Below, in pieces: positions 15,384-25,609 of a DNA stretch of 42,166 nt. Numbering within the stretch: position 1 is the stretch's first letter; every line of letters begins with the position of its first letter. Both the position numbers and the translations under genes were made by a program. The notes below the pieces were generated by a model. The model searched no databases. It saw nothing but the letters and a program-made list of their open reading frames with translations, and was not told where the DNA came from. Origin of the DNA: a virus; IMG/VR virus record IMGVR_UViG_3300045988_017219; one strand, given 5' to 3'.

Positions 15384-17969
15384 ATGGCCACTTTGGGGCT
15401 TGATACCTCCGAGTATGAGCAGGGCATCGAGCAGGCCAGAAAAGAGACGCAAAGCGCCGCAAACTCGCTGAACCGTAGCGCAAACACCGCCGGGAGCGGC
15501 GTTTCAGGCATGGCAAACCAGTTTGCAGCAGCCAGCGCAAAAGCGACTGTCCTTGCAAATATGCTTACCTCGCTTGGGACAAAAGCGGTAGGCCTTGCAA
15601 AGGGCTTTGTCGAGATGGGCATTTCTTATAACGCCCAGATAGAAAAGTACACCACCGGCTTTACCAATATGTTGGGCAGCGCAGAAGCTGCACAACAAGC
15701 CATGGCAAAGATTCAGGAGGACGCCGCCCGAACCCCGTTCAACGTCGAAGCTCTGACGCAGGCAAACCAGCTGCTTATCAGCGCGGGTGAAAACGCCGGG
15801 TATTCCGAAAAGGTCATTCTGGCACTTGGCAACGCAGTCAATGCGGCAGGCGGCGGCAATGCGGAACTGTCCCGCATGGCGCAGAACCTGCAGCAGATCG
15901 CCAACGTTGGCAAGGCTGCAAGCATTGACATCAAGCAGTTTGCTTATGCAGGCATCAACATCTATCAGGTTTTGGCCGACTATACCGGTAAATCGGTGCA
16001 GGAAGTCCAGAACATGACCATCAGTTATGACTTGCTGTCTCAGGCTCTTATCGCAGCCAGCGAAGAGGGCGGGCGCTACTACGGTGCTATGGAGACACAG
16101 AGCCAGACCATGAATGGGCGCATGTCTACCCTGCAGGACAATGTGAAGCAGCTGGCGGGGCTTTTGACCGGCAACCTTACAAGCGCACTCGGCGGCGTTA
16201 TTACCAAACTGAATGAAATGGTTTTGGCTGCCCAAGACGCATACAAGCTTGACGGATGGAGCGGGCTTATCGGAGAAATAACGGGACTTTCCAACGTTAT
16301 TGATAAGGCAAAATCCTCTGCTGTTGGATTGAAAGCTGTTTTTGACGCTTTAAAAAGTGGAGAAATCGGCATATTTCACGGTGACTGGGATGCTGTTTAT
16401 CAAAAAGCATTCAATTCAGACCAAGAGAGCAAGAAAATCCAAAAAGAAAGCAGAAAAAACTGGGACAAAAACCATAATGGAATGGTCTGGGACGAAAATG
16501 ACGGCTGGGTTCCAGCTAAAACCAGCGGAGAAACCGGCAGCTCCATCGTAACAAGCCCTACTGGCACAACCAAGAAAAAATCCACAGGTAAAAAATCCAC
16601 AACCGAAACGGTCATTGCGTCGGTGTCCAACACCGTGACCACCAGCGCCATGAACGCGCTGGGCGCCGTGACTACAAGCGTTGAGACCTTGCAGGAGAAG
16701 GTAAAGGACGCAGCGGGCAACATCAAAGACCGCGTTACAGAGACCACCACCGAGACCGGCAAAGAGATGGTCAACGGCGTTGCTACTACCTATACGCTTG
16801 TGACCAAGAAAGTCACGGACGCGAACGGCAAGATAAGCACCACGACCAAGAAGGTCTACGCCGATATGTCCAAGACCCTGACCGGCACCCTGACCAAGGT
16901 TGCAGAAACGACCTTTGACGGCATCACGACCAAAATCCAGGAAGCTACAGAAAAATACGCCGACGGCAGCGAGCATATTAAGAAGACTGTCACAGAGACC
17001 GGCCAGCGCATCGGAAAGAACGGCGCGGAGACCTACGAGAAGATCATCACCTACATCGACGGAATCGAAGACAAGGTGAACGAGACCTCTACTCTTATCG
17101 ACAAGAGCGTAAAGGGCACCCAGAGCCGCATTGACCAGCAGCTGAGTGAGGCTTCCGGCCAGCTGGATAAGGGCATTTTCGGGCTGGTAAAAAGCGCCTT
17201 TAGTGACGCCAAAAATGGCGACTGGGGCGGTCTCGCTCTGGATTTTGTCAATCTAATCTGGGGCGAAGTGTCGCAGGATCAGCGTGACGTGATCTCTAAG
17301 TGGTTTGCGGACGCGCTGACCGCAGTCAATGAGGGCTACTTCAGCGGCGGCATTGGCAAGGCGCTGGGGTCTATCCAGAGCATTTTCACAAACGGCATTA
17401 CTGCCGGAGTGGATGGTGCCACTACGTCTGTAAAGGCGTTCTCTGAGATTGTGCAGGGCCTTGCGAGCTCTGGCGGCGTTGGCGGCGCACTTGGCAGCAT
17501 TGTGCAGGGTTTTTCTGGTATGGCTGGCGGCATCACGTCCGCGCTTGGCACTGTGGTGTCGTTCATCTCGGCGAACCCGGTTTTAGGTATCATTCTCGGC
17601 GTTGGAGCTGTGGGTGCTGTAGCTGGCGGCATCGGGCTTTCGCTGTGGGCCAAAAACAAAAAGAGCAAAGACCCGGTCAATAATTACAAGAGCCCGTTTG
17701 ACGATGTAGGCGTGTACGACAGCCTGAGCGAGTTTTCTACGCGGTCTGCGATGCAGTACCGCGTGATTGGACAGAGCAGCCACGCAGACAAGCAGACCAG
17801 CATTCTGGAGCGCATCGAGGAGCTTCTGGACGAGCATCTGCCTGCCATTGGCACCGGTCAGGTGGTCATGGATTCTGGCGAGCTGGTGGGCGTCATTTCG
17901 CCCAGAATGGCACAAAATGTTGACGCGCGCATCGGTGTGACCGTGACGAGGAAAGCGAGGGGTGTGTAA
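15384..17969 (+). CDS. Tape measure protein
   Basis: About 860 aa. It has N-terminal TMP-like text, a Gly-rich hydrophobic segment near the C-terminus, and the expected position. Confidence 0.9.
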   Translation: MATLGLDTSEYEQGIEQARKETQSAANSLNRSANTAGSGVSGMANQFAAASAKATVLANMLTSLGTKAVGLAKGFVEMGISYNAQIEKYTTGFTNMLGSAEAAQQAMAKIQEDAARTPFNVEALTQANQLLISAGENAGYSEKVILALGNAVNAAGGGNAELSRMAQNLQQIANVGKAASIDIKQFAYAGINIYQVLADYTGKSVQEVQNMTISYDLLSQALIAASEEGGRYYGAMETQSQTMNGRMSTLQDNVKQLAGLLTGNLTSALGGVITKLNEMVLAAQDAYKLDGWSGLIGEITGLSNVIDKAKSSAVGLKAVFDALKSGEIGIFHGDWDAVYQKAFNSDQESKKIQKESRKNWDKNHNGMVWDENDGWVPAKTSGETGSSIVTSPTGTTKKKSTGKKSTTETVIASVSNTVTTSAMNALGAVTTSVETLQEKVKDAAGNIKDRVTETTTETGKEMVNGVATTYTLVTKKVTDANGKISTTTKKVYADMSKTLTGTLTKVAETTFDGITTKIQEATEKYADGSEHIKKTVTETGQRIGKNGAETYEKIITYIDGIEDKVNETSTLIDKSVKGTQSRIDQQLSEASGQLDKGIFGLVKSAFSDAKNGDWGGLALDFVNLIWGEVSQDQRDVISKWFADALTAVNEGYFSGGIGKALGSIQSIFTNGITAGVDGATTSVKAFSEIVQGLASSGGVGGALGSIVQGFSGMAGGITSALGTVVSFISANPVLGIILGVGAVGAVAGGIGLSLWAKNKKSKDPVNNYKSPFDDVGVYDSLSEFSTRSAMQYRVIGQSSHADKQTSILERIEELLDEHLPAIGTGQVVMDSGELVGVISPRMAQNVDARIGVTVTRKARGV

Positions 17970-18709
17970 TGGGCAAACTTTTGGGCGCACAAATTGGCAA
18001 CTTCCACACCCTGAAAGACTGGGGGCTGTATCTCAAGGTCGGAAGCCCAAAAATCGGCCCTGCTGAGGTGGATGACTACCTTGTGCAGGTGCCGGGGTCT
18101 GATACCCTGCTCAACCTGACCAGTTCTTTGGACGGCAGGCCACACTACAAAAAGCGCACCATTACCATGGAACTCAAGTGCACTGCACCGAAAAAGCAGT
18201 GGGAGAACCTCTACAGCACTATCGCAAACGCCATCCACGGGAAATGGCTCCAGTGTAAATTCGACAATGACCCCAGTTTTTACTGGGAGGGCCTGTGGGA
18301 GGTGTCCGTCAGCAAGGACGCATTATACTGTGTGTTTACGATTACAGGCACTTGCGACCCCTTCAAACGCAGTGTATACGACGGCTCTGATGACTGGCTG
18401 TGGGATGACCTTGTATTTGATACGGCGATCATCCGCGATTATACGGATATCCAGCTCAAAGCCAACGAGGACATCACCGTAACCGTTACCGGTGCACCAA
18501 GAGCGGCTGGCATCTACTTCAAGCGCAGCGAGGACGCTGCGGACATTGCGGTGTCTCTCAATGGCCTTGAGGTTGGCATCCTTGCAAAGTCTACAGAGTG
18601 GCAGTACATTGAGGGCTTGCATATGCCGGATGGCGTTGTAGGTACTCTCATCTTTGCGGCGTCTGCGGATTGCAGCATTAGCATCCGATATCTGGGGGGC
18701 AGCTTATGA
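17969..18709 (+). CDS. Distal tail protein (Dit, Sipho_tail family)
   Basis: ATG overlaps the TMP stop. Size and order fit. Confidence 0.8.
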   Translation: MGKLLGAQIGNFHTLKDWGLYLKVGSPKIGPAEVDDYLVQVPGSDTLLNLTSSLDGRPHYKKRTITMELKCTAPKKQWENLYSTIANAIHGKWLQCKFDNDPSFYWEGLWEVSVSKDALYCVFTITGTCDPFKRSVYDGSDDWLWDDLVFDTAIIRDYTDIQLKANEDITVTVTGAPRAAGIYFKRSEDAADIAVSLNGLEVGILAKSTEWQYIEGLHMPDGVVGTLIFAASADCSISIRYLGGSL

Positions 18710-20379
18710 GCTATAAAGTTTATGCGGGCGTCCAGACCGGCGTTGACGTGTGGAAGACAAAGACCTGCATTTACGACCCAACGGACTACACGGACACAAA
18801 AAAGATCATCAGTCCAACTCTGACACGGGAGGTGAGCAAGGCCGGCAGCTTGGAATTCACTCTGCCGCTTGGCAATGTGGCCCACTCAGCTTTGCAAAAA
18901 ATGCGCACGACCGTGTCCGTAGAACAAGACGGTGTGCGCATCTGGGAGGGCAGGCCCATGAGCCATGAGCAGGATTTTATGCTGCGTCAAAAAGTCTTTT
19001 GCGAGGGAGAGCTGGCCTACCTCAACGACAGCTCTGTTGCGCCATATACAGCCAAAGACGTGACGATCAAGCAGTTTCTTGCGTTTCTGCTGGAAAACCA
19101 TACCGGCATGGTGGACGCATACAAGGCGTTTACCTGCGGAAATGTTGGCTTTCCGAGCACCAGCGTGGTGGTGCCAGAGCTGCATAACTGCGTGATGAAG
19201 CTGGATTACATGGCCGGATCTCCGGACAGTGACGGCGATTACAGGTATGAATATGGACTTTATACCTCGTCCGGCGTACAGCTTGTAAAACAGTACCAGG
19301 TGGGCTACTCGGATGACGATACAGCCCCAAGCCCTTCTGCATACAGCTGGACGCTGAATGAAAAGCATGCAGATTCTTCCATAAACGGGTATATCTGGCG
19401 CACTGGAAACGGCCTTTTTTCCGTGAGCGTAAACGTGGCTTTATCCTTGGATGGGGACGGCCAGACGCACGAAGCCACGCAAAGAACGGTTACGCCGGAT
19501 ATCACATGCGCTACGCACTCAAAATCTTTTCCGCCTGAGACGGAATACGATCTCAAAGACACGGTCTCGAAAAATTGGAAAATCGAAAAGCAGGGAGACG
19601 GCTATGCCGTCTTGTTCAACGGTGCAGCCCTGCCGGATTCTTCCGTGGTCCGTTACGATTCTGCGCCACGGTACACCTTTGGCGATGGACGAAATTTTGG
19701 CGTTACATGGGATGTCATCCAAAATGAGCTTGTGGATGTATACGGCGGTTATCTGATCGTCCGGCACGAAAACGGGGCCCGGTATCTGGACTACGTCCGG
19801 GAAGTGCAGGAGAAAAACGGGCAGCCCATCGCATTCGGCACAAACCTGCTCGACCTGAGCAGCTACGTCAAAGCAGAGGATATTGTCACCCGCGTCATTG
19901 CCGTCGGAAAAAAGAAATCCGGCTGGTTTTTGTGGGAGAAAACCAACACCATCACGGCAACCGCTAACGACGCCACCGCGCAAAAGCTGTTTGGCATCAT
20001 CGCGCGGGTCATTGTGCAGGACGGAACCGAAAACACAACGCAGTCGCTTCTGGATGCCGCAAACGCGGAGCTGTCCAAAAACTTGCGTTACCTTGACGGA
20101 ATCACGGTAAAGGCTGTGGACCTCAAGGATGCCGGCGTGGATATCGCCCGCCTTGGCTTTGGCAAGATGACACACATCTACTCCAACCCGCACGGGGTGA
20201 ACACCTGGCTTTTGTGCTCTAAGCTTGTGGAGCCTTTGGACGCGCCGGACAAAAAAGAATTCACGCTGGGCATTGATTTCTCCAGCGTCAGCGACTTGCA
20301 GGCCCTGAGCGCACGAAAAGCCAGTGACGCCTATGACCTGAGCCGCTCGCTGAAGGGCTATGCATCCGCAAAGGGGTGA
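18706..20379 (+). CDS. Tail-associated protein (Tal / prophage-tail endopeptidase family)
   Basis: It follows Dit. The N-terminal text YDPTDYTDTKKIISPTLTREVSKAGSLEFTLP is typical of this family. Confidence 0.8.
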   Translation: MSYKVYAGVQTGVDVWKTKTCIYDPTDYTDTKKIISPTLTREVSKAGSLEFTLPLGNVAHSALQKMRTTVSVEQDGVRIWEGRPMSHEQDFMLRQKVFCEGELAYLNDSSVAPYTAKDVTIKQFLAFLLENHTGMVDAYKAFTCGNVGFPSTSVVVPELHNCVMKLDYMAGSPDSDGDYRYEYGLYTSSGVQLVKQYQVGYSDDDTAPSPSAYSWTLNEKHADSSINGYIWRTGNGLFSVSVNVALSLDGDGQTHEATQRTVTPDITCATHSKSFPPETEYDLKDTVSKNWKIEKQGDGYAVLFNGAALPDSSVVRYDSAPRYTFGDGRNFGVTWDVIQNELVDVYGGYLIVRHENGARYLDYVREVQEKNGQPIAFGTNLLDLSSYVKAEDIVTRVIAVGKKKSGWFLWEKTNTITATANDATAQKLFGIIARVIVQDGTENTTQSLLDAANAELSKNLRYLDGITVKAVDLKDAGVDIARLGFGKMTHIYSNPHGVNTWLLCSKLVEPLDAPDKKEFTLGIDFSSVSDLQALSARKASDAYDLSRSLKGYASAKG

Positions 20380-20383
20380 TAAA

Positions 20384-21442
20384 TTGGATAAGACATTTGA
20401 CGAAGCAATTTCCGAAGTCCGCAATGCAGAACGCGGCGTGGAAGTACGGGAAGCCCTTGCACAGGGCTTTGAGTATGTGAAGCAGTATGGCGAAGCTGTT
20501 ATCGCGCGGCAGGAAGAAGCTGTTCAGAGTGCGGAAACAGCCACAAACGCGGCGGCAACTGCCACAGCACAGGCCGCAGCAGCAGCCAAGACAGTCAAAG
20601 ACGCCACTGCAAGCGCCATAAGCGCAGCGCAAGAGCAGGCAGGTATTTCGACATCGAAAGCCGAGGAATCTGCTTCCAGTGCCGAAGAAGCAGCGGCCAG
20701 TGAAACTGCTGCCGCGTCTAGTGCATCTGCCGCAAAGGTCAGCGAGGAAGCAGCTGCAAAGAGTGCCGCCGACGCAAAGGTTATCGTGTCCACTGACACG
20801 ACCCTGACCGTATCTGGTGCACCGGCTGACGCAAAGGCGACCGGCGACGCCCTGGATCAGAGGTATACCAAAGCCCAGGCCGACGCCAAGTTCGGCACGC
20901 CGTACACCCTGCCGCCTGCTACGGCGGACCAGCTGGGCGGCGTGAAGGTGGGCGACTATCTGGACATCGCTGCGGACGGCACCCTGAGCGGCAAGAAGCT
21001 GTATGACACCATCGCGGCCAGTGTGGCGGTCAAGTCGGAGGCGCGGCTGGTGTGGAGCGGAAAAACAACGATTGGGAGGAGAAAAACTGAGACAATTAAC
21101 GTTCAGGACGGTGTAGATTACGTTAACCTCCGCGTAAACGAAGCTGATTTTAATCTTACCCCTGGTATGACATATGAAGCTCACATTTCTAGCGCGGGAA
21201 GTCTCACGGTCACAGTATTATTTTCGGCCGACAAAAAAAGGCTTGAATGTACCCTTACCAATACGCTGAATACTGTATCGGTTGTATTCTCCGGCTACCA
21301 CTACCCTACGCTGGCCGAGCTGCTGACCGAGACGCAGGCCGCGCAGGCGGACACGGACGCCCTGGCGGTAGATCAGGAGTACCGCGTCGCCCTGCTGGAG
21401 CTGGGACTGACCGATGACACCACCACTGACACCACCACATAA
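20384..21442 (+). CDS. Tail fibre / baseplate-associated structural protein 1 (Ala/Ser-rich coiled region)
   Basis: TTG start after RBS AAGGGG. It has a long A/S/T/E-rich tract, then a C-terminal domain with an AT-rich patch (about 21060-21300 by eye). Confidence 0.6.
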   Translation: MDKTFDEAISEVRNAERGVEVREALAQGFEYVKQYGEAVIARQEEAVQSAETATNAAATATAQAAAAAKTVKDATASAISAAQEQAGISTSKAEESASSAEEAAASETAAASSASAAKVSEEAAAKSAADAKVIVSTDTTLTVSGAPADAKATGDALDQRYTKAQADAKFGTPYTLPPATADQLGGVKVGDYLDIAADGTLSGKKLYDTIAASVAVKSEARLVWSGKTTIGRRKTETINVQDGVDYVNLRVNEADFNLTPGMTYEAHISSAGSLTVTVLFSADKKRLECTLTNTLNTVSVVFSGYHYPTLAELLTETQAAQADTDALAVDQEYRVALLELGLTDDTTTDTTT

Positions 21443-21455
21443 TGAGGTAAAAACT

Positions 21456-21614
21456 ATGTTGTATCGTATCTGTAAACGCCTGATCGAGCGCGGACAGACC
21501 GCTGGTCTTGCGGACAAGCTGGACGTGTTCTACGCCATTGGACGCATCACCGAGGCCGAGTACAAGGAGCTGACCCAGCTGCTGGCCCAGCAGGAGGCCG
21601 TCCATGGCGCTTAA
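21456..21614 (+). CDS. xkdX: XkdX-family small phage protein
   Basis: 52 aa ending in ...GRITEAEYKELTQLL, the XkdX signature. It follows a fibre gene. Confidence 0.6.
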   Translation: MLYRICKRLIERGQTAGLADKLDVFYAIGRITEAEYKELTQLLAQQEAVHGA

Positions 21615-21736
21615 TGCCTACTCTTGGACATTGGGGGGTGATCGCAATAAACAACACATTTTTGACCGCACTTTTTAACTTTTTGAGCCGTTTCTTTGCC
21701 GCTTTGGCGGAAGAACAGGTAGAACAGGAGGACACA

Positions 21737-22444
21737 ATGGCATCTGTGACTGAGGTGACCGAGTGGACGGGAGCACCGCCCTACCGCTACATCGACGTAA
21801 GCCGGTATCAGGGCAGCATTACACTGGAGGGCTGGAAGAAGGTCAAGGCCGCTGGCTATCAGGGCGTCATGCTCAAGACCGTCAGCACAAACCGCAGGCT
21901 CTCCAAGCGAGCAGACGGCCTGTACATCGACCCGACCTTTGAAGCAAACTACCGCAACGCAAAGGCGGCAGGTCTGGCGGTGGGCGTGTATTACTATACC
22001 TACGCCACCAGCGAGGCGATGGCCGATGCAGAACTTTCCTTGCTGGCTGACGCTCTGCGTGGCAAGACGCTGGAAATGCCTGTAGCAGTGGACGTGGAGA
22101 ACAACAAATTCAGGGTTCTTGGCAAGCAGGCGTTGACCGACCTGACAGCCTACGCCCTGAAAAAGGTGGAAGACATGGGTTTTTATGCCCAGCTCTATAC
22201 CTACACCAGCTTTGCTAAGACGCGCCTGTATATGGGCGGTGCTGCCCTCAGCCCCTACGACGTGTGGCTGGCCGACTACACGGGAAAGACACCTGCCGTG
22301 ACCTTTGCCTACAACACTCACCAGCACACCAGTAAGGGCAGCGTACCTGGCATTTCCGGTCACGTTGACCTCAATGTGACCACACGCAACTACCCGAAGA
22401 TCATCTGCAAGAAGGGTCTGACCCGTCTCCGGGAGGGCAAATGA
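21737..22444 (+). CDS. Endolysin, glycoside hydrolase family 25 muramidase
   Basis: RBS AGGAGG lies before the ATG at 21737. YIDVSRYQGSI...GVYYYTYA...DVWLADY is typical of GH25. No obvious cell-wall-binding domain. Confidence 0.85.
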   Translation: MASVTEVTEWTGAPPYRYIDVSRYQGSITLEGWKKVKAAGYQGVMLKTVSTNRRLSKRADGLYIDPTFEANYRNAKAAGLAVGVYYYTYATSEAMADAELSLLADALRGKTLEMPVAVDVENNKFRVLGKQALTDLTAYALKKVEDMGFYAQLYTYTSFAKTRLYMGGAALSPYDVWLADYTGKTPAVTFAYNTHQHTSKGSVPGISGHVDLNVTTRNYPKIICKKGLTRLREGK

Positions 22445-22830
22445 CCGAAAAAGAAGCTCTACTGTGGGTGCTGGGCATCCTGGGCAGCCTGTGCGCTGCG
22501 GTCATCACCATCGACAAGGTGCTGGACATCATCCACAAGTACATCAAAAAGGCCGGAGCGCCGGACGAGGCGCAAAACAAGCGGCTTGACGACCTTGACC
22601 GGCGTGTTGGCGCACTGGAAACCGGCTATACCCAGCACACAGCGGCACTTTCCCGCGATTTGAGCCGCTTTGGAGACATCGACGAAGTGAACCGCCTGAC
22701 CCTGCAGGCCGTGCGTGCCTTGCTAGAAGCGCAGCTCACCGGAAATAACGTTCAGGCCATGCAGAAAAGCAAGGCCGAAATTGACAACTATTTGACAGAA
22801 GGAGTAACGAAACATGGCAGCAATTCTTAA
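22441..22830 (+). CDS. Membrane-anchored coiled-coil protein of the lysis cassette (holin-associated?)
   Basis: An N-terminal TM segment (LLWVLGILGSLCAAVITI) is followed by a coiled coil. ATGA overlap with the endolysin gene. Confidence 0.5.
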   Translation: MTEKEALLWVLGILGSLCAAVITIDKVLDIIHKYIKKAGAPDEAQNKRLDDLDRRVGALETGYTQHTAALSRDLSRFGDIDEVNRLTLQAVRALLEAQLTGNNVQAMQKSKAEIDNYLTEGVTKHGSNS

Positions 22831-23149
22831 TTTCATCCCCGCACCCGTCGCAATCGTTCTCATCATCGTCGGCTTTGTGGCTCTGGCAGTCGGCGCTATC
22901 CGCATGGGCTATAAGCAGCTGGTCAAAGATCTGGCCTATGACCTCGTGTGCAAGGCCGAAGACAGCATCATGGGCAGCGGCCAGGGCGCAAAGAAAAAGA
23001 AGCAGGTCTTTGACGCGCTGCGTGCGGCCTGCCCTGCATGGCTGAAGCCTATCATCACGGATGAAGTGCTTGACGCGGTGATTGAAAAGGCCGTAAGCCT
23101 GATGAAGAAGGCACTGGCAGAAAAGAAGCCTACCATCAACAAGGAGTAA
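22814..23149 (+). CDS. Holin, LL-H-like family
   Basis: An N-terminal TM segment (PAPVAIVLIIVGFVALAVGAI) is followed by a charged helical tail with the ...KAEDSIMGSGQGAKKKKQVF... pattern. Confidence 0.55.
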   Translation: MAAILNFIPAPVAIVLIIVGFVALAVGAIRMGYKQLVKDLAYDLVCKAEDSIMGSGQGAKKKKQVFDALRAACPAWLKPIITDEVLDAVIEKAVSLMKKALAEKKPTINKE

Positions 23150-23152
23150 CCC

Positions 23153-25141
23153 ATGATTGAGCTAAGCGTATCTCTCGCATCCAATGGCGTCGTCAAAGTG
23201 CCGGGCTATGAGCAGCTGGTGCGCTTTGGCTACACCAAGAATCAGGGCGTGTACCGCCTGCACATCGATGCAACCGGTGAGTGGGAAGGCCTGACTATCC
23301 GGGCTTTCTGGCACGTCCCGGACGGCAAAGACCCGGCATCCTCACTGGTGACAGACGGCTCTGTGGCCGTGCCTGCCAGCGTGACCGCACAGCCCGGCAA
23401 TGGCTGCATCACCTTTGAGGGCTCAGATGGCACCCGCACCGTGACAAGCGCAGACCTGCGCTACCGTGTGGCTGCCAACTCCGGCACGGAGGACGGCACA
23501 GAGCCGGAGCCTAGCACACCTGCCTGGCAGGAGCTGGTGGATGCCGTGCACACTGACGCCGCCGCCGCAGAGCAAGCAAAGACCGATGCACAGACGGCAG
23601 CGCAGCAGGCTGGGGTATCTGCCAAAGCCGCCCAGACCGCCGCCAGTGAAGCAGCCACCAGTGCTGGCAATGCAGCCCAGAGCGCTCAGGAAGCCGCTGA
23701 CAGCTTACAGGAGCTGAAGGACGGCATTGCCGCTGGTGACTTCAAAGGCGAGAAAGGCGACAAGGGCGACACTGGCCCCGTCGGCCCGCAGGGCGAGCAG
23801 GGGCCGCGTGGCATTCAGGGCGAGCGCGGCCCGCAGGGTGCGCAGGGGCCGAAAGGAGACACCGGCGACACTGGACCACAGGGGCCACAGGGCCCAGTCG
23901 GCCCGGCAGGTGCAGACGGCAAAGATGGCACACAAATTGATGATACCACCGTGGGGCTTGACGCATGGAGCAGCAAGCACATCGTGGATATGCTCTGCCC
24001 ACCGCTGGAGGAGACCGGGAACCCTGTTGTGTTCTACCCTGTGGCAGACTATCCGCTGGGTGTGACTGCCAGCTGGGAACCTGTGCAGGAGGGCAGCGGT
24101 GACCCAAGCCCGGACAACATCCGGCCTATCAAGGGGCGGGACAGTGTGAAGGTGGAGCGGTGCGGGGGGAATGTTATTGAGTTTTTAAGAACAAATGATT
24201 CCCATGAAAGCGTTAAAATAGCAGTAGACGCAGAAAAAAATATTACGCTTAACGGAGCATTAACTCGCGGAGCCAATATCATAATTGGAATGTGTCGGCT
24301 GCATTGGGTTGCGGGAAAAACCTACACCATGTACGTCAAGAAGGTGGGCGGCAGTGCCTCTCTTGGAAGCGGTGACGGCATTACTTTTGCCTATTCGCTG
24401 TTCACGCAGGATTATAATCGTTACTTCCATGGTGATACACGCAGCACAAACCTTAATGCGTATATTGCAAGCGATGCTGCGCTGGCAGAAACCGAGCTTG
24501 TTTTTATGCTGCAATGCTGGCGAGCAAATACAGTATTCAACAACTTCAAATTCCAAATCGAAGTTGTTCCTGGCACTACCGCCCCTACCACCTACGCCCC
24601 ATACACCGGCCAAACCGCCACCCTCACTCTGCCCCGCACCATCTACGGCGGCACGGTGGATGCAGTGACGGGAGAGGGGCAGGAAACGTGGAAAATAGCA
24701 ACCATTGATGCTAAAAAAATCAAATTCTCATCTGATGGTAATGATAGATTTTGGAATTTGCCGTACCACACAGCAGATGGTGCAACTGGCGCATCTAAAA
24801 TTATATGCAGCCATTTCATTTCCTCTACATTTTTAGTAAATGAACCATATGCGTTCTTTTTTACGCAGCCAAACCGTTTGCAGAACTTGTTCTCAAGTGT
24901 AGATGAGCTGAATGATTATTGTGCTGCACAATATGCCGCAGGAACGCCTGTGCAGATTGTGTATCAGTCGCTGAAAGAGCCTGTGCCTTTTACAGCCACC
25001 GGAGCGCAGCCTATCCCCGCCCTCCCCGGCGTGAACACCATCATGACCGACGCGGACAGCGTGATGGTGACCGGAAGAGCAGACCCCATTAAGCGCATCA
25101 CTGACCTTGAGGATGCTGTGGCATCAATGACCGACACATAA
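23153..25141 (+). CDS. Tail fibre 2 with collagen-like triple-helix repeat
   Basis: 662 aa. It has an Ala/Gln-rich coil and 20 uninterrupted G-X-Y triplets. AT-rich patches (about 24170-24570 and 24690-24960 by eye) lie in the C-terminal domain. Confidence 0.85.
   Translation: MIELSVSLASNGVVKVPGYEQLVRFGYTKNQGVYRLHIDATGEWEGLTIRAFWHVPDGKDPASSLVTDGSVAVPASVTAQPGNGCITFEGSDGTRTVTSADLRYRVAANSGTEDGTEPEPSTPAWQELVDAVHTDAAAAEQAKTDAQTAAQQAGVSAKAAQTAASEAATSAGNAAQSAQEAADSLQELKDGIAAGDFKGEKGDKGDTGPVGPQGEQGPRGIQGERGPQGAQGPKGDTGDTGPQGPQGPVGPAGADGKDGTQIDDTTVGLDAWSSKHIVDMLCPPLEETGNPVVFYPVADYPLGVTASWEPVQEGSGDPSPDNIRPIKGRDSVKVERCGGNVIEFLRTNDSHESVKIAVDAEKNITLNGALTRGANIIIGMCRLHWVAGKTYTMYVKKVGGSASLGSGDGITFAYSLFTQDYNRYFHGDTRSTNLNAYIASDAALAETELVFMLQCWRANTVFNNFKFQIEVVPGTTAPTTYAPYTGQTATLTLPRTIYGGTVDAVTGEGQETWKIATIDAKKIKFSSDGNDRFWNLPYHTADGATGASKIICSHFISSTFLVNEPYAFFFTQPNRLQNLFSSVDELNDYCAAQYAAGTPVQIVYQSLKEPVPFTATGAQPIPALPGVNTIMTDADSVMVTGRADPIKRITDLEDAVASMTDT
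23747..23929 (+). repeat. Collagen-like G-X-Y x20 coding repeat
   Basis: The translation [61 protein letters not shown] was read directly. Confidence 0.95.
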
Positions 25142-25155
25142 GGAGGTACATACAT

Positions 25156-25380
25156 ATGGCAATCAAAAGCAGATCTCGCCATGACCTGACCCTGCGCTCC
25201 ATCAAGCGGGAAATCGCCGCTGGCCGCGATGTTGCGTTCTGGCTGGATAAAGCATATATGCACTACGACAACGGACTGCTGACCGCAGATGACATCGCAG
25301 AGGTGGAGCAGCTGGCACAGGCGTACTATGACGCGCTGGACGCGGAGGAAGCGGCTGACGCTGAGGAAATCACACTGTAA
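25156..25380 (+). CDS. Small XkdX-like / hypothetical protein following fibre 2
   Basis: RBS AAGGAGG. The motif ...YDNGLLTADDIAEVEQL... is loosely XkdX-like. Confidence 0.45.
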   Translation: MAIKSRSRHDLTLRSIKREIAAGRDVAFWLDKAYMHYDNGLLTADDIAEVEQLAQAYYDALDAEEAADAEEITL

Positions 25381-25390
25381 GGAGGATATC

Positions 25391-25609
25391 ATGGCAAGCA
25401 CTACATACCGCCATCTCGGTGACGTCACCGGGATGTTCGCCGCACAAGAACAATTTCGTGACATCACGAAAATGGTGACAAAACGTCACCATTTTGCCGT
25501 GCTTGGCAATATGGTGCGCAACGCCGGACAGCTCCCGCAGCCCTTCTGGCTCGGTGCTGCCTGTGGCGGCGGCTCGCGTAGTGCTGCCCGCTGCGCTGCA
25601 AAGGCTTGA
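25391..25609 (+). CDS. Hypothetical 72-aa ORF (may be a leader or the N-terminal part of a frameshifted regulator)
   Basis: A perfect SD TAAGGAGGA lies 7 nt before the ATG. However, the ORF is built over three GTGAC palindromes and overlaps the next ORF by more than 100 nt in another frame. Confidence 0.3.
   Translation: MASTTYRHLGDVTGMFAAQEQFRDITKMVTKRHHFAVLGNMVRNAGQLPQPFWLGAACGGGSRSAARCAAKA
25418..25490. promoter_or_regulatory. Cluster of three GTGAC-based inverted repeats (operator-like)
   Basis: GGTGACGTCACC at 25418-25429, CGTGACATCACG at 25457-25468, and GGTGAC-AAAAC-GTCACC at 25474-25490. Confidence 0.45.

Noticed and set aside
21614-21736. N-terminal extension of the endolysin ORF (track start 21614).
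   Set aside because: The extension has no RBS and the sequence is odd and hydrophobic. The ATG at 21737 is preceded by AGGAGG, and the GH25 domain begins right after it.
20384-25141. Diversity-generating retroelement acting on the fibre genes.
   Set aside because: There is no reverse transcriptase gene in the genome. I could not find a template or variable repeat pair, so the AT-rich patches are better explained by domain swapping.
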